A stretch of 64,000 bases of DNA from Tubiluchus corallicola (lineage: Eukaryota > Animalia > Priapulida), in NCBI GenBank assembly GCA_030141605.1, contig JAQGDQ010000246.1, positions 1-64,000 on the forward strand. Reading direction: 5' to 3'. Positions 11,201 to 25,631 of this stretch are shown piece after piece (position 1 is the stretch's first letter; each line of letters starts with the position of its first letter). The position numbers and the translations under genes are program-made. The notes beneath the pieces were generated by a model. That model saw only the letters and a program-made list of their open reading frames with translations. It had not been told where the DNA came from and did not search any database.

Positions 11201-14200
11201 TAAGATGTATTACGTACACTATTAAAGAAATTACAAAGAATTTTATTAGTTTTTGTAGACATGACCTTACTACACATATGATAAAATAAAGCTACAGCAT
11301 GTTTTGAGATAACTTGTAGTTGGTAGTGGGAAACAATGCATCTTCCACAAAACACCAAATAGGAGTTATTTTGTCAAGAGAAGATGTCGGGTTTGTTATT
11401 TAGAGGATTTTCAAATTTTTACAGGAATCTTACCTAACTTGTAATATAAGTTTTTTTGAATCTGGTTTCGTAAAACACACTATTTTTGCTAGTGTGAAAG
11501 TGGTTACAGTTAGAATTTTCAGCTAGATTCTAGGTTATGCTCTTAGTTCTAAATTCATTAGTCTTTATAATAACTTCCATTAGGGATGGTAATACAGTTG
11601 TTAAACATTAGTTATTGTAAAAACTATAACAACTTCCTTTCCCACTATTTTTTGCTACAGTTTTTTATAACTTACTTGATTGCTTTTGAAGTTTCGAATT
11701 AAAAGTGATCAACAATCCAAGGGTAAATGTTTTGCATAACCATGAATAAAGCTCAACATTTATAAACTCTTAGCAGTCTGCTTTGCAAACTTACCTTTTG
11801 TATGCGGATTTTAAGCTATTAAAAGCAGTAGCTGTATTACCCGGGAGACCCAAATGTTTGTAGACCTTTCTCCACTTGCATCGATTTGTCACCTGATAAA
11901 TCAGAAAGAAGCCACTATGTGACGGGCGATAATAAAAATATAACACAGACATACATTTGAGTATTTAGCCTATTGCATGCATTCAGTTTTTTGCCTCTGG
12001 CCAACAAAAAGCAAAACTTTGCTGTTATTACCTTATTACAGCCACCAAACTGTCCATATACTAAACGGAAGAGTTTATATAGGTTGAGATCACGGCCAGC
12101 CAATGTAGGAGCCTTGTTTATTGGTGTACCTAAAACAACATTAAGGGACATTTACAAATGCTCGTGAATAAAGAAATCGTACACTTAAACTAAAACATAC
12201 TTATAACAAATAACTAGTACAATTACGATGATTTAAATCACTCATGAAACTTCCAAACAATACAAACACACATCAAAAATCTATACAATGATGTCACAAT
12301 ATGTTTAACATATATTAACAACATATATTAAAAACCAACATTACAAAAACAAAGCAAAAACTAATAATAATAGCAGTCTAGCTTGCTCAGCAAAATCGAA
12401 TAACACCACCAAAGATTCTTTCATACCTCGGTCATCCATGAATTTATAGAGCTGAGCTACAAATCTATCCTTTTCTTCGCTTTGTTCATCATCAGAACTC
12501 TAAAAGATAATAGGGAAAATAAACCTAAGGATCCTGCATTTAAATTAAAAGTTCTAACAAGTAGCAATACAAGAATAAGACAAAGCCAGACAGTTTATCA
12601 AATACACGGGAAAAGCAAGTAGCAGCTGATTACTGACTACTTTTTTTAAAGAAAATAGATAGAAAATCACATTGGAAACAGACTTTCACTTATTTACTTT
12701 CCTTGCAAATTTCTAACAAATAATAAACTAGAAAAGAATTAAATCACAACCTCTGCGTCTGAACTATCTGAACTCGACTTATCACCAGTTCGGCAAAGTA
12801 GCTCATTCCGGTCCCAGTTGGAAGGCAATTCCTTTCTCTCCAAATACAACAGTGCTTTATCAACAGCTACAAAGTAAGTGAAAAAGCATGAGTAATACTT
12901 ATTTCCAGAAGTCATGGGTTTGCTATTATTATGAAATGATAAAAAAATCACGTACTTCTATAGATGAACAACAATGCAAGTGAAGCAAGATAAGAATCAC
13001 TTGATTTATTATTGGCGTACTCTTGCCAATTGAAAGAAATTAGTCATATGTGACTGAATGTGAATTCTGCGCTTATCAATTCTTAAAACCAGACAACAAG
13101 AAATATCAGGATCATACTAAATGTAAGTTAAAACAAAGTTTTAATCTTTCATGCGGACTCAGCTAGTGCTCGCATAGCAATGAAGTGTCTTACCAGATTT
13201 CATAACTGCATTTCCCTCCTCTTTTTTGGCAACATCTTTTGTAAATTCTTTAGCATCTTTCCGTGCAACAGTGTGACTAGAAAGCAAAAATATTTGAAAT
13301 GTTTTTCAATAACAAAACAATTATAATTTTGGTAAATAAATGACATACATTACTGCCAAAGATCTAATCAGTTTGAATAACAACAAGTTCTCCGTTGATA
13401 CTAGAAATTCACTATTTAATCCAGACATGTCCTCTTACTATTAGTAAAAATAGCTAACAATAGCTAACATTAAGCCAATAATTGTCAAGAATCTACACTG
13501 CTACATAACATTCTATACTAATCCATCTTACTCGCTTAAAAGTGTCACAGCTGGTATGAATAGGAACTGTAGTACTATTTGTAAACCTTACGAAAATAGA
13601 AGAATAATCACAAATAATACCCATGTTGTACTGCAAAAATTATTTAGCATACACTAAAAATTAAAAAAACACTAACACAATTACTGATACTAGCCTACTA
13701 CACATTTCACAGGTGGTCAATATTGTTACAAGGACATGACAAAGAAATGCTAGTAAGTGGTACATACTATTTTCCATCCTTAAATGATCGCACCATGAGC
13801 TGCGATTTCATATCCATTTTAACTCCTTCTGCATTGATAGCCGGTGTGACTACTAATGCAGGAAACCAAGTGTGATTTCTTCTTTTGTCTTCCACATTTA
13901 TGACAACAACTCGTCCCAATTCCTTTAAATAACGAGGCTGCAAAACCAGCTTTTTCACGGGTGGACTTTCATCTTCACTGCTTTCGTCACTACAAAAAAA
14001 GTACTTTATAGTTGAGGCCCACTTTTGCACACTTTATTACAAAGCTCAGAAATGGGCTTGTAATTGCATTATTGCAACTGGTCTCTCTCTTTCTTTTTCT
14101 CTCAATTGTTTTCTCACTTTTTCTTGTTCCTGTCTTTCTTTTACATCTTTTACAACCTCTCTCTCCACTTTAAATCTGCGTACTTCTTCATAGCTGTACA

Positions 14201-17200
14201 TTTCTTATGCCCATGTCCTACTAATCTGTTATACACATGGTAGACAAAAGTGTAGAATACCAACTTAGCTCACGCACCACAGTTTTTCCACTCATGCTAC
14301 TAACTTCGTAATTTATGCCCATTTTGAATACACATACTGCGCTGTTTGATAAATTCACTTGGCTAGGTAGTACATGACACGCGACTTGCACTGTCTACAG
14401 TTCCACAATATTTAACCTATATCATATTTCAAACTGAATTAAATGCAAGGCCTCTCACATCAGTTGATCGAAGTGTAGAACAAAATTTTGGGGCTTTAAC
14501 TTGCAAGATCATGTTTCAGTAAGAAATAAATTTATTTCAGCTAGGCAGAAATTGTTTGTACAGGCAATGAACAATACGAAATCTTCATTAAAGTAATTAT
14601 CTTAATTATTTGTTAGATAAACCTCATTTACAAACTAAATAATTGCCTTATGGATTCCCCAAAACGTCTGCGTTTTCGTGCAGATTTGTTGATTACAGGG
14701 TTTCCAAACCTTTCCGGATCAGTTAGAGGAAGTTCATCCAAAGTCTGAAACAGTGAAATTCTTTTTATTAAAAAAAACAATTACAACGTACAACTTTAAA
14801 GTAACAAAAATGTTAAATAAAATATAAAAAATGAGGTAGTTTTTACCGACCTCACTCTTGTGGAAGTGTTTCTCTCCTTTTAGACATATTAACCCTCTTC
14901 TTAGAGTAGTCTCGTCACCGTCATCAAAAACTAAATAGTAATAATGTAATTGTAATGTAATGTAAATTATTAATTAAGGAAAAACAGGTTTAAAATGCAT
15001 TGCAATATAATACTATTACTGTGCTAATAACTTTAATCAATTATAAAAGCATTTTTAAGCTTATATACTAACATAGAAAACACATTGCAAACAGTTTTTA
15101 ATTTGCTTGAAAAAACTTTCAAGGAAAATACCAGTTGTAGGTTTATCAGAAAAGAATTCAAGAGTATATGCCTTTAATACTTGTCAACCTCAAATCAGAT
15201 CAGAGAAAAAAGGAAAAAAATCTATATTCACACAAAGAACAGCAAAAGATGAACAAAGACTGTGCTAGGAGAAAAGCTCCCAGCATACACTGTGCAGATA
15301 GCAAAACTTACAGATCAATAATTTACTCAAGAAAGATTTTACTCACTGACTGTATATCTGCTACAATCCTGCACACGTTGAACTGTTGCTTCAGCGAACA
15401 GTCCCGAATCAGGATGCTTGGCTTCAACACGAGAGCCAATCTGCAAACATAAACAACTTAAAGGTTATTTAATTAAAGTGAAATAACTGCTTAATTGGCA
15501 AATTTGGCTCAGATGACAGGCAACAAGAAAAGCTAAAAAAATTGTAAGCTAGGTCACAGCAAAAGCTGGAATTTTTCCTAAACTTTAGCTGAATTTGATG
15601 ACCAATTTTTGGGCTTATCCTTTCTTCTGGTACACCGATATATGAATACTAAAATACTGAAGTCATATGTGATGGTGAGCATGTATATATCGTCAGTCAT
15701 CAGTGATGTAACAATAATTAGGTTACTAGCTATTAATTTCGTGTTCTGTATTGTAATCACTTAATGTAAAATTTGCAGTAAGTAATACAAGCAAGCTTCT
15801 AATAGCTACAAAACACATTTTACTAACACGAGTACATAAATCTGTGAACTTGTCTAGTTTGATAACTTTGTTAATACTTACCCTAATGTGACCTCTGATG
15901 TTGTCATCAGTGACAACGTGTGAACCCCCACCAGCCGCGAACAGCACACGACATTTCACCAGCCGGTCGACTTTTTTCACCTTGGCCTCACAGAATGCTC
16001 CATGGTATTTCCCACTTACCTCAGTGCCAACAGTCAGATATGGTGGGTTATGTGATAACCCGGCCTGTAAATAAATTATAATTATATATTTTAACAAATT
16101 TCAACTCGCAAGAAGTCTCCTTTAAGAAAAAAGGTTTTGATACATAAACATGAAGAAAAATAGTCTGGCTGAAAGTTCTGACATTATCTCCATTTCTTCA
16201 CTGCTAAAGCATCACTCACTGTGCATTGGCTTCACAAAGCTATGAAACCTAGGATCCAACACCAAATATGCCTTTGTACGTTGAAATAATTAATTAACTT
16301 GATACAACAACTGAAAACTTGACAACCATACTACAATGTAATAATAATTCAATTGCTTCAATCTGCTCCAATCCAAGACCTAAGATTAGGCAATCTGTCT
16401 AGTATCTAAGTTGAGTGGTAACTGAGCTCCGAGTGACAGTCATTAATGCTCACCAGTTTGAAAAATAACCATTTAACAGTGATAAACTACTAGTTGTTTC
16501 CATTGGTACAAAAATAGCAATAAAAGGAAAACTATTATTCTAGATTGAATAGCAATTAAAAAATATACATTTTAAGCTTCCAGCAACCATCTTAAATATG
16601 CTCTTTTTTGGAAGTCAGATGTGACTAGGTTTCTTAAACTTTTTACATACATGCTCAAAAGTAGGTTTCAACTGATCAAGATGAGCAGAAAAAAATTGAA
16701 TGTCACTTCTGCAAAATATCTATGTGTTAAAATATCGATGTACTAATTTATGTGTTAAAAAGCCAGGTAACCAAATGTTACTTGTGAAAATTGTGCACTT
16801 AAACACTGAAGATGAAAGGTAAACATGAAACTAGAAATGCAACTCAATTAACACTTGGCCATTTGAGAAAACAAGTTTATCAAGTATACCAAAAATTATC
16901 ACCATTAAGGAACATAAGGCAGTTTGACTTCCTGAACACCTTAGATTAAACAAGCGAGATGCTCAGGAACAGACCCAAATCACCTCTCTCTGACATGAAT
17001 TTCTTATAAGAAATAAAACATGAAAACTATTTCTAAAGCATATTGCATGGATATGTAATAATACAACATAGGATTTACTGGATCCGTAATAAAAAATAGT
17101 ACATTTACAGTATACAAAATTATTGCTATTATATTATTATGATAGAAATTCACCAGTACCTTCAACATAAAAAAGCCTGGGTTGGAGTTAGTAAACGAGC

Positions 17201-19290
17201 AATGAGTAGGATAAACTACAGGCTGTTCAGGCATGTTCTGAATTTCACCAGTAAATATAATCAAAGAATTTTAAGCTGTTTGAAAATAAAATTCACACGT
17301 TAAACAAAAATAACTGCATCTTGAGAAGTATTTAAAGAAAATACAGCTACAGATTCTCATGTGTTTCTATCGCAATCCACAAGTTTACAAAACACTATTA
17401 AAAATTGTTTTATCACTTTTTAAAAACAAACCATCAAAAAGTTTTATTAAGAATTAAGAATTAAGAATTAAAAGAATAACGGCTGCAAATATATGTATAA
17501 GCACAAAAAAGTATCAAAATAATGTTTGTTGACTGGACAAAACAAGCAAGAGATTTTGCTGTATACTAGCTAAAGGCAGTATATTAAAGACACCTAAATT
17601 AGTCAGTGTGATTAAAATTTTGAGTGTGATAATTATTAGTTTGTGATGCCCATTTTTCTTTTATTAGCACTTTGTACTCAGCACTTGCACAGTGGAGATA
17701 ATCAGATGCAGCTGTTTTGTAAATCCACTATAAATAAATAAAGTTAAACTAAATTAGTCACTTAGAAATGCCAAAAGACATAGGCAGTGAGACCTATGGG
17801 CTCACCCTGCAGTTCAGCAATTTCTAATTTAAAGTTTATAACACTTGAACAAACTTTTTAGCAGTCATACTAATACAAAAATTCTACACTTAAAAATTAA
17901 AATTAAGAACACAGGTCACAAATTTTTCTCAAGTTTCAAAATTTTCTTTAAATTTGAGATCCTACATTGTCAGACTTAAAAACTACAAATTAAAAGTTTG
18001 CCATCTTAGAAAAGCCTTACAAAATGGCTAGTTTAATTTGTAAATTATTTGATTCTCAAAGTTGCTAATAAAGGAAAGCATCACTAGATACAACACATGT
18101 GAGTATTCAACTATAACCACTTAATTTCCATCATTTTATTTTCAAAATTATGTATTATACATCTTACATTTCTAAGGAACCTAAGTACCTGAAACATCTG
18201 AAATTAAATGCAATATAGGCCTATAACACCATATCCCAGACAAGCAAAATACCTAGACATAATTAAGTAATTATAGTAATAGTAATAGATGAAAACAAGA
18301 CTATTACTATGCAGACTGAAAACACTCAGTTCACAAGAACAAGGAATAAATACAGATTTTTACATTTATTGTGGCTGCGTGATCGAAAAGCTTTACTAAA
18401 ATATTCAGAGAAAAAGATATTATGTGTATATTTCATTAAAAGATGATCATGGTTGTATTAGGGTACCTTTTTTAATTACGGACTAAGTACTAGTACATTG
18501 ATATACTAAAGTTGGTACTAACTGAGGTGTGTAACATCTATGAATTTTGCTATGATATTAACATGTTATACCATTATACTGTGTAGCCTATGTTGTTCCT
18601 ATGTTGGCTTATGAAGACATTCATGGGTTATGATTACAAGGGAGTTGTGAACGTTGCCACGAAGTGGTTGCAAGCTTACAAACTATGCCTGTGGGTCGTT
18701 AGTCACTTGCTTTTTTTCAGAAATTAAGATCATAATACCAAAGCTGTTAATACCCACTTATTTTTATTTAGTTTGTTTTCTTTCCCCCCCTCCCCCAATT
18801 CCTTCCGAAGCCTTGTACTTAATTTTTTGAACTTCTGAAGTGCTGTATATTAACAAAAAACTGAAACATGATATACATAAAATTAAATTTTGAAATGTTG
18901 CATGGTCTAATAAACCGTTTTCGAAGTTTCAAATGCCAAGTTCCAATGTAAGCGTTGAGCTGACGAAAATACTTAACATGTCCGCTTCATGATTTGCTGC
19001 ACAACAAAAACGATTAGGCAACTTAACTCTTAACCCAGCCTGCTGACATTCAATTAGCTGAAATCACTTTCAGGTAAAAAAGTGTGAAGTTCAAAGATGC
19101 TGCTTTACACTATTCAACAAATTTTCCTAGTTTTTAAAGCAACCACCTGAATCAACACTTAACAAGAAATAGAAACTCTCTTTTACTTACAGAAAGATCG
19201 AATTTCCCAATCGTTAGCCTCTTTGCTCAACCAAATTTCTACATTGCAAATTTAGCAGGTAAATTATGAAAAAGGAATTAAACTTACCAT
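5260..19290 (-). CDS. ARID4: AT-rich interactive domain protein 4 (ARID4A/ARID4B, RBBP1-like; SIN3-HDAC subunit), multi-exon, 3' end uncertain
   Basis: Exons with compatible phases: 19290-19288 (ATG), 16064-15882 ([22 protein letters not shown], Tudor), 15440-15347, 14930-14851 ([11 protein letters not shown]), 14744-~14647 ([17 protein letters not shown]), 13989-13768 ([15 protein letters not shown]), 13276-13194, 12866-12750, 12499-12427 ([17 protein letters not shown]), 12129-12032 ([24 protein letters not shown]), 11892-11795, 11085-10899, 10611-10477, 10365-10285, 9968-9778, 9668-9539, 8385-8315 (YLVHYQGWN, chromo-barrel), 8097-7977 (YDEWIK), 7798-7576, and 7178-5290 (donor) or read-through to the stop at 5260. 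Confidence 0.93.
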
Positions 19291-19784
19291 TAAAAGAATA
19301 AACACTTAAGATCTTCAAAGTATGGCGCTACAAACAGTAAGATAAAATTGTCAAACATCCACGAATTGAATTTTTAGAAAAGGTAATTCAACTAGGAAAA
19401 CATTTTTTGCCTACAAACAGCTTATCCACGGTGAACAACAATCGTGAAACGGGGTCGTGGCTTCTGATTGGTCAGATTTACGCTTAGGGCGCCGTCTTAC
19501 GACTATTACGTGCAAAATTTGATGTAGGACATGAGCTGTAATTATAAGAAGTTTTATCGAATTTTACATTATGTAGCGGAAATGAGCGAGCTGCTGATAG
19601 ACCATGCACTTCTATGGGATATAGAGTCAGACCAGTGATACTTTTCTGTTAAAAATTTGGCGGATTTTTCGCAGTATTCGTCTTTAAGTGAAAGCAGGGT
19701 CTTTTTCACCAAAGCGGTCACGTGACTTATCTTAACCTATGGCCCGGAAGTAATTTCTTCGGTACAATAGTCAGTCGCACAAGC
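19291..19784. promoter_or_regulatory. Putative bidirectional promoter shared by ARID4 and DCAF5
   Basis: About 500 bp separate the divergent start codons, with local CpG enrichment. Motifs: inverted CCAAT (ATTGG, 19467-19471), palindromic E-box GTCACGTGAC (19717-19726) and ETS site CCGGAAGT (19744-19751). Confidence 0.7.
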
Positions 19785-22700
19785 ATGTCAACAAACATGG
19801 CTTATTACACTCGTCAAAATCGAAATATTTCAACTGTTGGATACTTATTTGAATCTCAAACAAGCACTCTTCCCAACCTAAAATCGTCATTTTTGAAAAA
19901 CCGTATTGAAAGTGCGTCCAGTCTCTACAGAAAGGATTTATATGGCCACTTCGGTTGTGTTAATGCCATAGAGTTCAGCAATGGTAGTGGCAGTTTGCTA
20001 TGCTCTGGTAAGAAAAGTCTTAGCTGACAAAGAAAATTTAGGAGATTTTATGTTAATAAAAGTGAATTTAATTAGTGGAATAACATAACGTTAAAATTAC
20101 TAATTGAAATAATTTGTTGATATGCTTACCTAAATATGTACTTGACGTGCATCAACTAGCTGACACTTGAGAATGATTCTACTTTTTTATTCGTCATACT
20201 TTCTCTAAATTATGAGTCGTATGAATCCACATAGCAAACTAGATAATCTATATGTTGGGCGTCGAGTAACCCACTAGCCGAAGTAGGACAATTGGCGTAC
20301 ATGGGCTAGCCCATGTAGGACGCATCGTAGAAACAGGTCGCGAATTGAGTCGTTAAGCATACTGGCACCGTCCGTTGTCCTTGTTTATGTAATAATAATA
20401 ATTAAAAACGTCAATATACGTTGAATAATTTATTATACATATGATAAAATAAAATAATTTTATTCTGAGCTAGTGTAATTAATATTTGCCAATATTAATC
20501 TTCTTTGAAGTGAAATAAGCGCACTTTTTAGGCGATTCCAACATTTGCTTAAGGTATGTCATTTTTTATTTTACCTTGCTTCACAGACAGGTGATCCTTT
20601 TCACTCCCTCATAAATAAATAATTGTTTTCTACTAAGTAAACGGGTTAGCGAGTTATGGGCCCTACTAGTTTCTCTCTTTAAAGCATTAGATACTTAGTT
20701 TAATGTTATGATTATATTAATGGAGGTAATAATAATGATAATATTGTTGCAAAAATACATTTGTAAATTGTCAAGGACTATCCATCGTTGTTATAAAGTT
20801 ATTTTTTTCTAAAAGAAATTTAGTTTTATGTTTTATTATGTCATAAATCTCGATTCTCGACAGAAATCGCTAGTGCCCCACTTGGGCTGCCCATGTATGA
20901 CACTGCGTTTCCGTAAATTTAGCACATACGTTTTACCGGAAGCGTCTTAGTTCGGCTAGTGGGTTACTCGGCGCCCTACACCATAGTATGTACTTATAAA
21001 TCTTTTTTATAAAACAGACGGAATAAACATTGGCGTAACGTCATAACCGCGACTGCACAAGTAGTAATAGTAGTAGTATATTTACTTTGCGTTGTTCAGA
21101 GAACTATAGTAGAACAAACAGTAAGTACAAAAGCTTTAGTGGCGCACAAGTCATACAAAAACAATATTAACTAGATTATCTGTAAACAAAATAGAATAGA
21201 ATCATTTTTATTTCTCATGCATGGACAGCACAGTGTTGGTATTACATCAAGATGCAACAAAAGAATGCCAAATGCGAGGGCAACATACGACCATACAGTT
21301 CTAAACATGTTGCCCTTATTCTAATATTATACTATAAAGTATACTGTAGTTGTACAATGCACAGAAATAATTTCTGTAATATAGTACAAAAATTTAATGA
21401 AGTAGTGCACAAATCATAAAAACGTTTAAAACTTGAGAATACCTACAAAAACATAATAAAATGAATAGTATTAAGCTATAAACGTGTATATAAACTTACT
21501 GTTTTCCTATAATCCATATGCGCACACATGTACATGCATACGTATATAAATTTACATAATATTATATGTACATATGAACAAAAAAAATTATGGAATATGA
21601 ATAAAAAAAGATTATGGAACTAAGCTATTTCTAGAAACAGGACAAAAAATGCACAGCTTGATTAGATTGTAAACAGAGAATCTCATGATATGATTGAAGT
21701 GTCTTTACTTTTCTATCATGCAATGCCATAAAAACATAAGTATGCTTATGCAATATTTTATACACACATACATATGCATACACACAAACAAATACGTATA
21801 TATAGACATGTGTATGTACGCACATAAATATACACTCATACATATTTTTTATTTGGTTTTTCAGTATTTTTTAGAGCTTTAGATAACGTAATTTTGGAAC
21901 TCGTGCAAGTGAAAATATTTGCTTTGCACGCCTATTTAACTGGCTAAAGATTTTGAATTTTTTATTTTCAATGATGTAATAAACAGATATTATCCAAGAT
22001 ATTTGCAAGATAAGGAAACAGTGTGTTTAAGAGAGAAAAGTGCTCATATGAGGTCAAAGATATTTTAAAAGAGTTACACAGCTGCATGGTTTCCTATTAG
22101 ATAAGTACGGTACTTTTTTGTTGTCACTGGGAGGGATTTATAAGCCAGTATATGATGAGGGAGGCTATTCCATAATTTGAGGCGTAATTCCATTATGGTG
22201 AAGGCTATTTAGGCCGTAAATAGAATTGTACCGCCATTGAAACAGATGTCCTTTTACTGAGGACCTTGTATTATAGGAATGAATATTGCTTATTTTAATA
22301 AAATAATTTCTATAGGGTTCAAGTAATGTATCATTATTAAATCTAAACATGAGTTTGAACAATTCTAAAAGGTAAATATCTTCCAATCTTCCAAAGTTTA
22401 AGCTGAATATATGATGGTGTAGCACGAGCACGTAAATTACTAAAAGTGATCAGTTTAACAATTTTATTTTGCACTGTTTTTAATGGCTATAAAATATACT
22501 GCTTGGTTTTTCCCCATGTCAACACACAATACTGGAAATAAGGGTATACAAGGCCATAGTAAATCATTATTAATATAGGGGTATTTATACAGTAACGCAG
22601 CTTGGCAAATATACCAACTGTTTTATTCAGTTTTGTTGTAGTGGTATTAATATGTGATCGCCATGTTATGTCATTGTCAATTTGGAGCCCAAGGTATTTG

Positions 22701-25597
22701 ATACAAGTTTATTGTGTTAATCTATAGTTGCCTAGCTTAATATTAAAATCATTTCTATCATCTGGAGATATTTGCTTGCCAATTAGCATAAATTTTGTTT
22801 TACAATAATTTACTGATAATTTGTTTGCCAACATCCAGCTGTTTATTTTTGATAGTTCAAAATTTGTACGATTTTGTAAAGATTTTATGTTAATATCATG
22901 AAGAAAGAAACAGGTGTCATCTGCAAAGAGGTGCATGTTTAGGTTGGTGGAGAGGGGAATGTCATTCATGCACATCAGAAAGAAGAGAAGGCCAAGGATA
23001 GACCCTTGTGGCACCCCTCAATTGATTTTTGTTAGATATGACCTAGTTTGTTGAATTTGAGTGAATTGTTGACGATTGTTTAAATATGACTTAAGTAATT
23101 GTAAGGCTTGACCTCTGACACCGTAGTTGTCTAGTTTATGTAACAATATGTCATGTTGAACAGTGTCGAACAATATACAAGTTGTGTGTCATGATTTATT
23201 GTATTATTTGTATTAATTTGTGATGTGTATATGAACTTTGTAAAGTTTGAAATAAAATATTACATCAAATAAAATCTAAGAATATGCTACATACTATTGA
23301 TTCTTTATCTAAACAGCGAAGAATATTTTCAATAAATTCTGCTGTAGCCAGAGCAGTGGAATACGATTTTCGAAACCCAAATTGATATTTGGTTAATATA
23401 TTATTTTTAACAAAGAAGTTATTTAGATGCTTAAATATTATACTTTCAAAAATTTTAGCAATAGGAGAAAGGTTTGAAATTGGTCTGTAATTGGATGGAT
23501 TTTTAGGAGAATCGGTCTTATAAATGGGAGTTACTTTTTCAATCTTGAGACAGTCTGGAAAAACACCATGAATTATTGAGTTATTGATCAGACAAACTAA
23601 TACCAGTGCAATAACATCAGCAGACATCTTATAAAATTTAAGTGATGTGTTTTCAGGGCCTGGTGATTTGCCTTCATTTTGTTTAGAGAGGGTTGCTTTA
23701 ATCTCGTATTCTGTAAGAGGATATAGAAAAATTGATTTGTTTAAAGGGGGAGATAAAAATTTAAAATTTGTATTGGAAGGTGCAATATTTTTGCCATGTT
23801 TTGACCTACCGATTGGAAAAATTTGTTAAAACAATTAACAATGCAAAACAAGAAGATTAGTGACAGTATTACCATTGTAATCTAGCTGCGTAGGTAAGAT
23901 ATATTTTTGAGTTTCAGAACACTACTGATTGTATTCTAGGTCTTTTTAATGTTATTTTTGTTTAGTATAAATAAGTGGTCATAGTGTTTCTTCTTTGAGT
24001 TTTTTTTAATATGGTTGAGTTTATTTGAATATAATTTGTAGTAATTCCTCTTGTATCCACATTGTGATAATTTATGTGTTTTATAGAGTTTTGTTCTCGT
24101 GCGAATAGAAGTGAGAATGCCATGAGTAATCCAAGGCTTACGAAAGTTTATCTGTTCTTTTTTAGTAAGAGTGCGAAATGGGGCATGGTCATCCAGTGTG
24201 CTTGAAAACACATCAGTAAAGTACTAGAAGGCATTATTTACATCTGAATTATTTATATTCAGAAGTGCAGAATTTAGATCACAGAGAAAATTTTCTAATT
24301 TAAAGCTTCGTTTAACGACATTTTGTTTAACGTTGAGTATTGCTGGAATATGTTGGTGTCATTAAGTGAGGACTTACTGTAATACATTTGCACTCAACAA
24401 TGGCCCATGAAAAAGTGGAATTTATTTATGTTTAGCTTTTTACTTTACTAAGGTAATGTAATCGTTTAATAATAAAATAAAAAATGTAAATAATTTTATA
24501 TATTGTCTGGATGACGTCTGTAAGTAACATTAAATTATTATTATTATTATTATCATTATTATAAGTTTTTATGACCGGACAATTATCCCTTTTTTATACC
24601 TCCACAGATAAGTGATAATCCAATATCCAGTTTGGAAATCCAGCTTAGTCTCAGCGTGCGTTATTTCAATATACTGGTCAAAAGTATGTTGATATATACA
24701 AGGCACTCAGAGAAAGAAATAGGGAGAAGAAAAAATTCAGGTAGAACGTAGCCCTCAATAGCTGGCGTGTGACTGACAAATGTAAAAAAATGACACATGC
24801 TACCTACATCTATATGCTTCACAACCTACATGCTCATAATTAATATTTAGAGCTGTACGAGAAGTTTAGGAGATTTGGTAGTATGTCATTTAAGTGAATA
24901 CAGTTTTCTAATTGTGAATTTTTGTTCAATTTAAGTGTCTCTTACAGGCGGAGATGATAGACGTGTACTTCTATGGAATACAGAGAAAGCCATAACTGGT
25001 AAAGCACGTGCAGACGTTATGAAGGGTGAACATAATAGTAACATCTTCTGCCTTGCATTTGACAATTCTAATAGCAAGGTATATTCAGCAGGTGAGTACG
25101 AGTTATTCTTATTTTTGCATGATATGCATACTGAATGAAAGATACTAATGCTGTGTGTTAAACTGTGTACACTGTACTAACCCTGCTTGTTTAATTTATT
25201 GAAAAACAGGCAAAGCATTTACATAATATCAACACTTTTCTCAAATTGGCTAGCAACTAAGGATATCATTAATTAATTAGATTATGACTGTGTTTGCCAG
25301 AGTTGATATTTGCAGTTTATAGAGATTGCAGTTTATTTTAACAATTATTATTCATTGCAGGTAAAGAGTTGGAGAAAGATGCTAAAAATTTTGACTGGTA
25401 GCCCAGCTGGCAGAGCATGGAAGTACTAATCCCAGGGTTCATATCCTGACTAGTCAAGAGTTTTCAGCATCTCATTTTTTTCAACTCATTACCCACAATG
25501 GGTAATAATTGTTAAAATAAACTGCAATGGTTTATAAATTCTGGCAATCACAATCATAATCTAATTAATCATATATATTAATTTCGGTGGTATGGGC

Positions 25598-25631
<34 letters not shown>

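Noticed and set aside
25393-25457. Functional tRNA gene
   Set aside because: It is too short, the anticodon/variable arm is degenerate, and it is embedded in a palindromic repeat.
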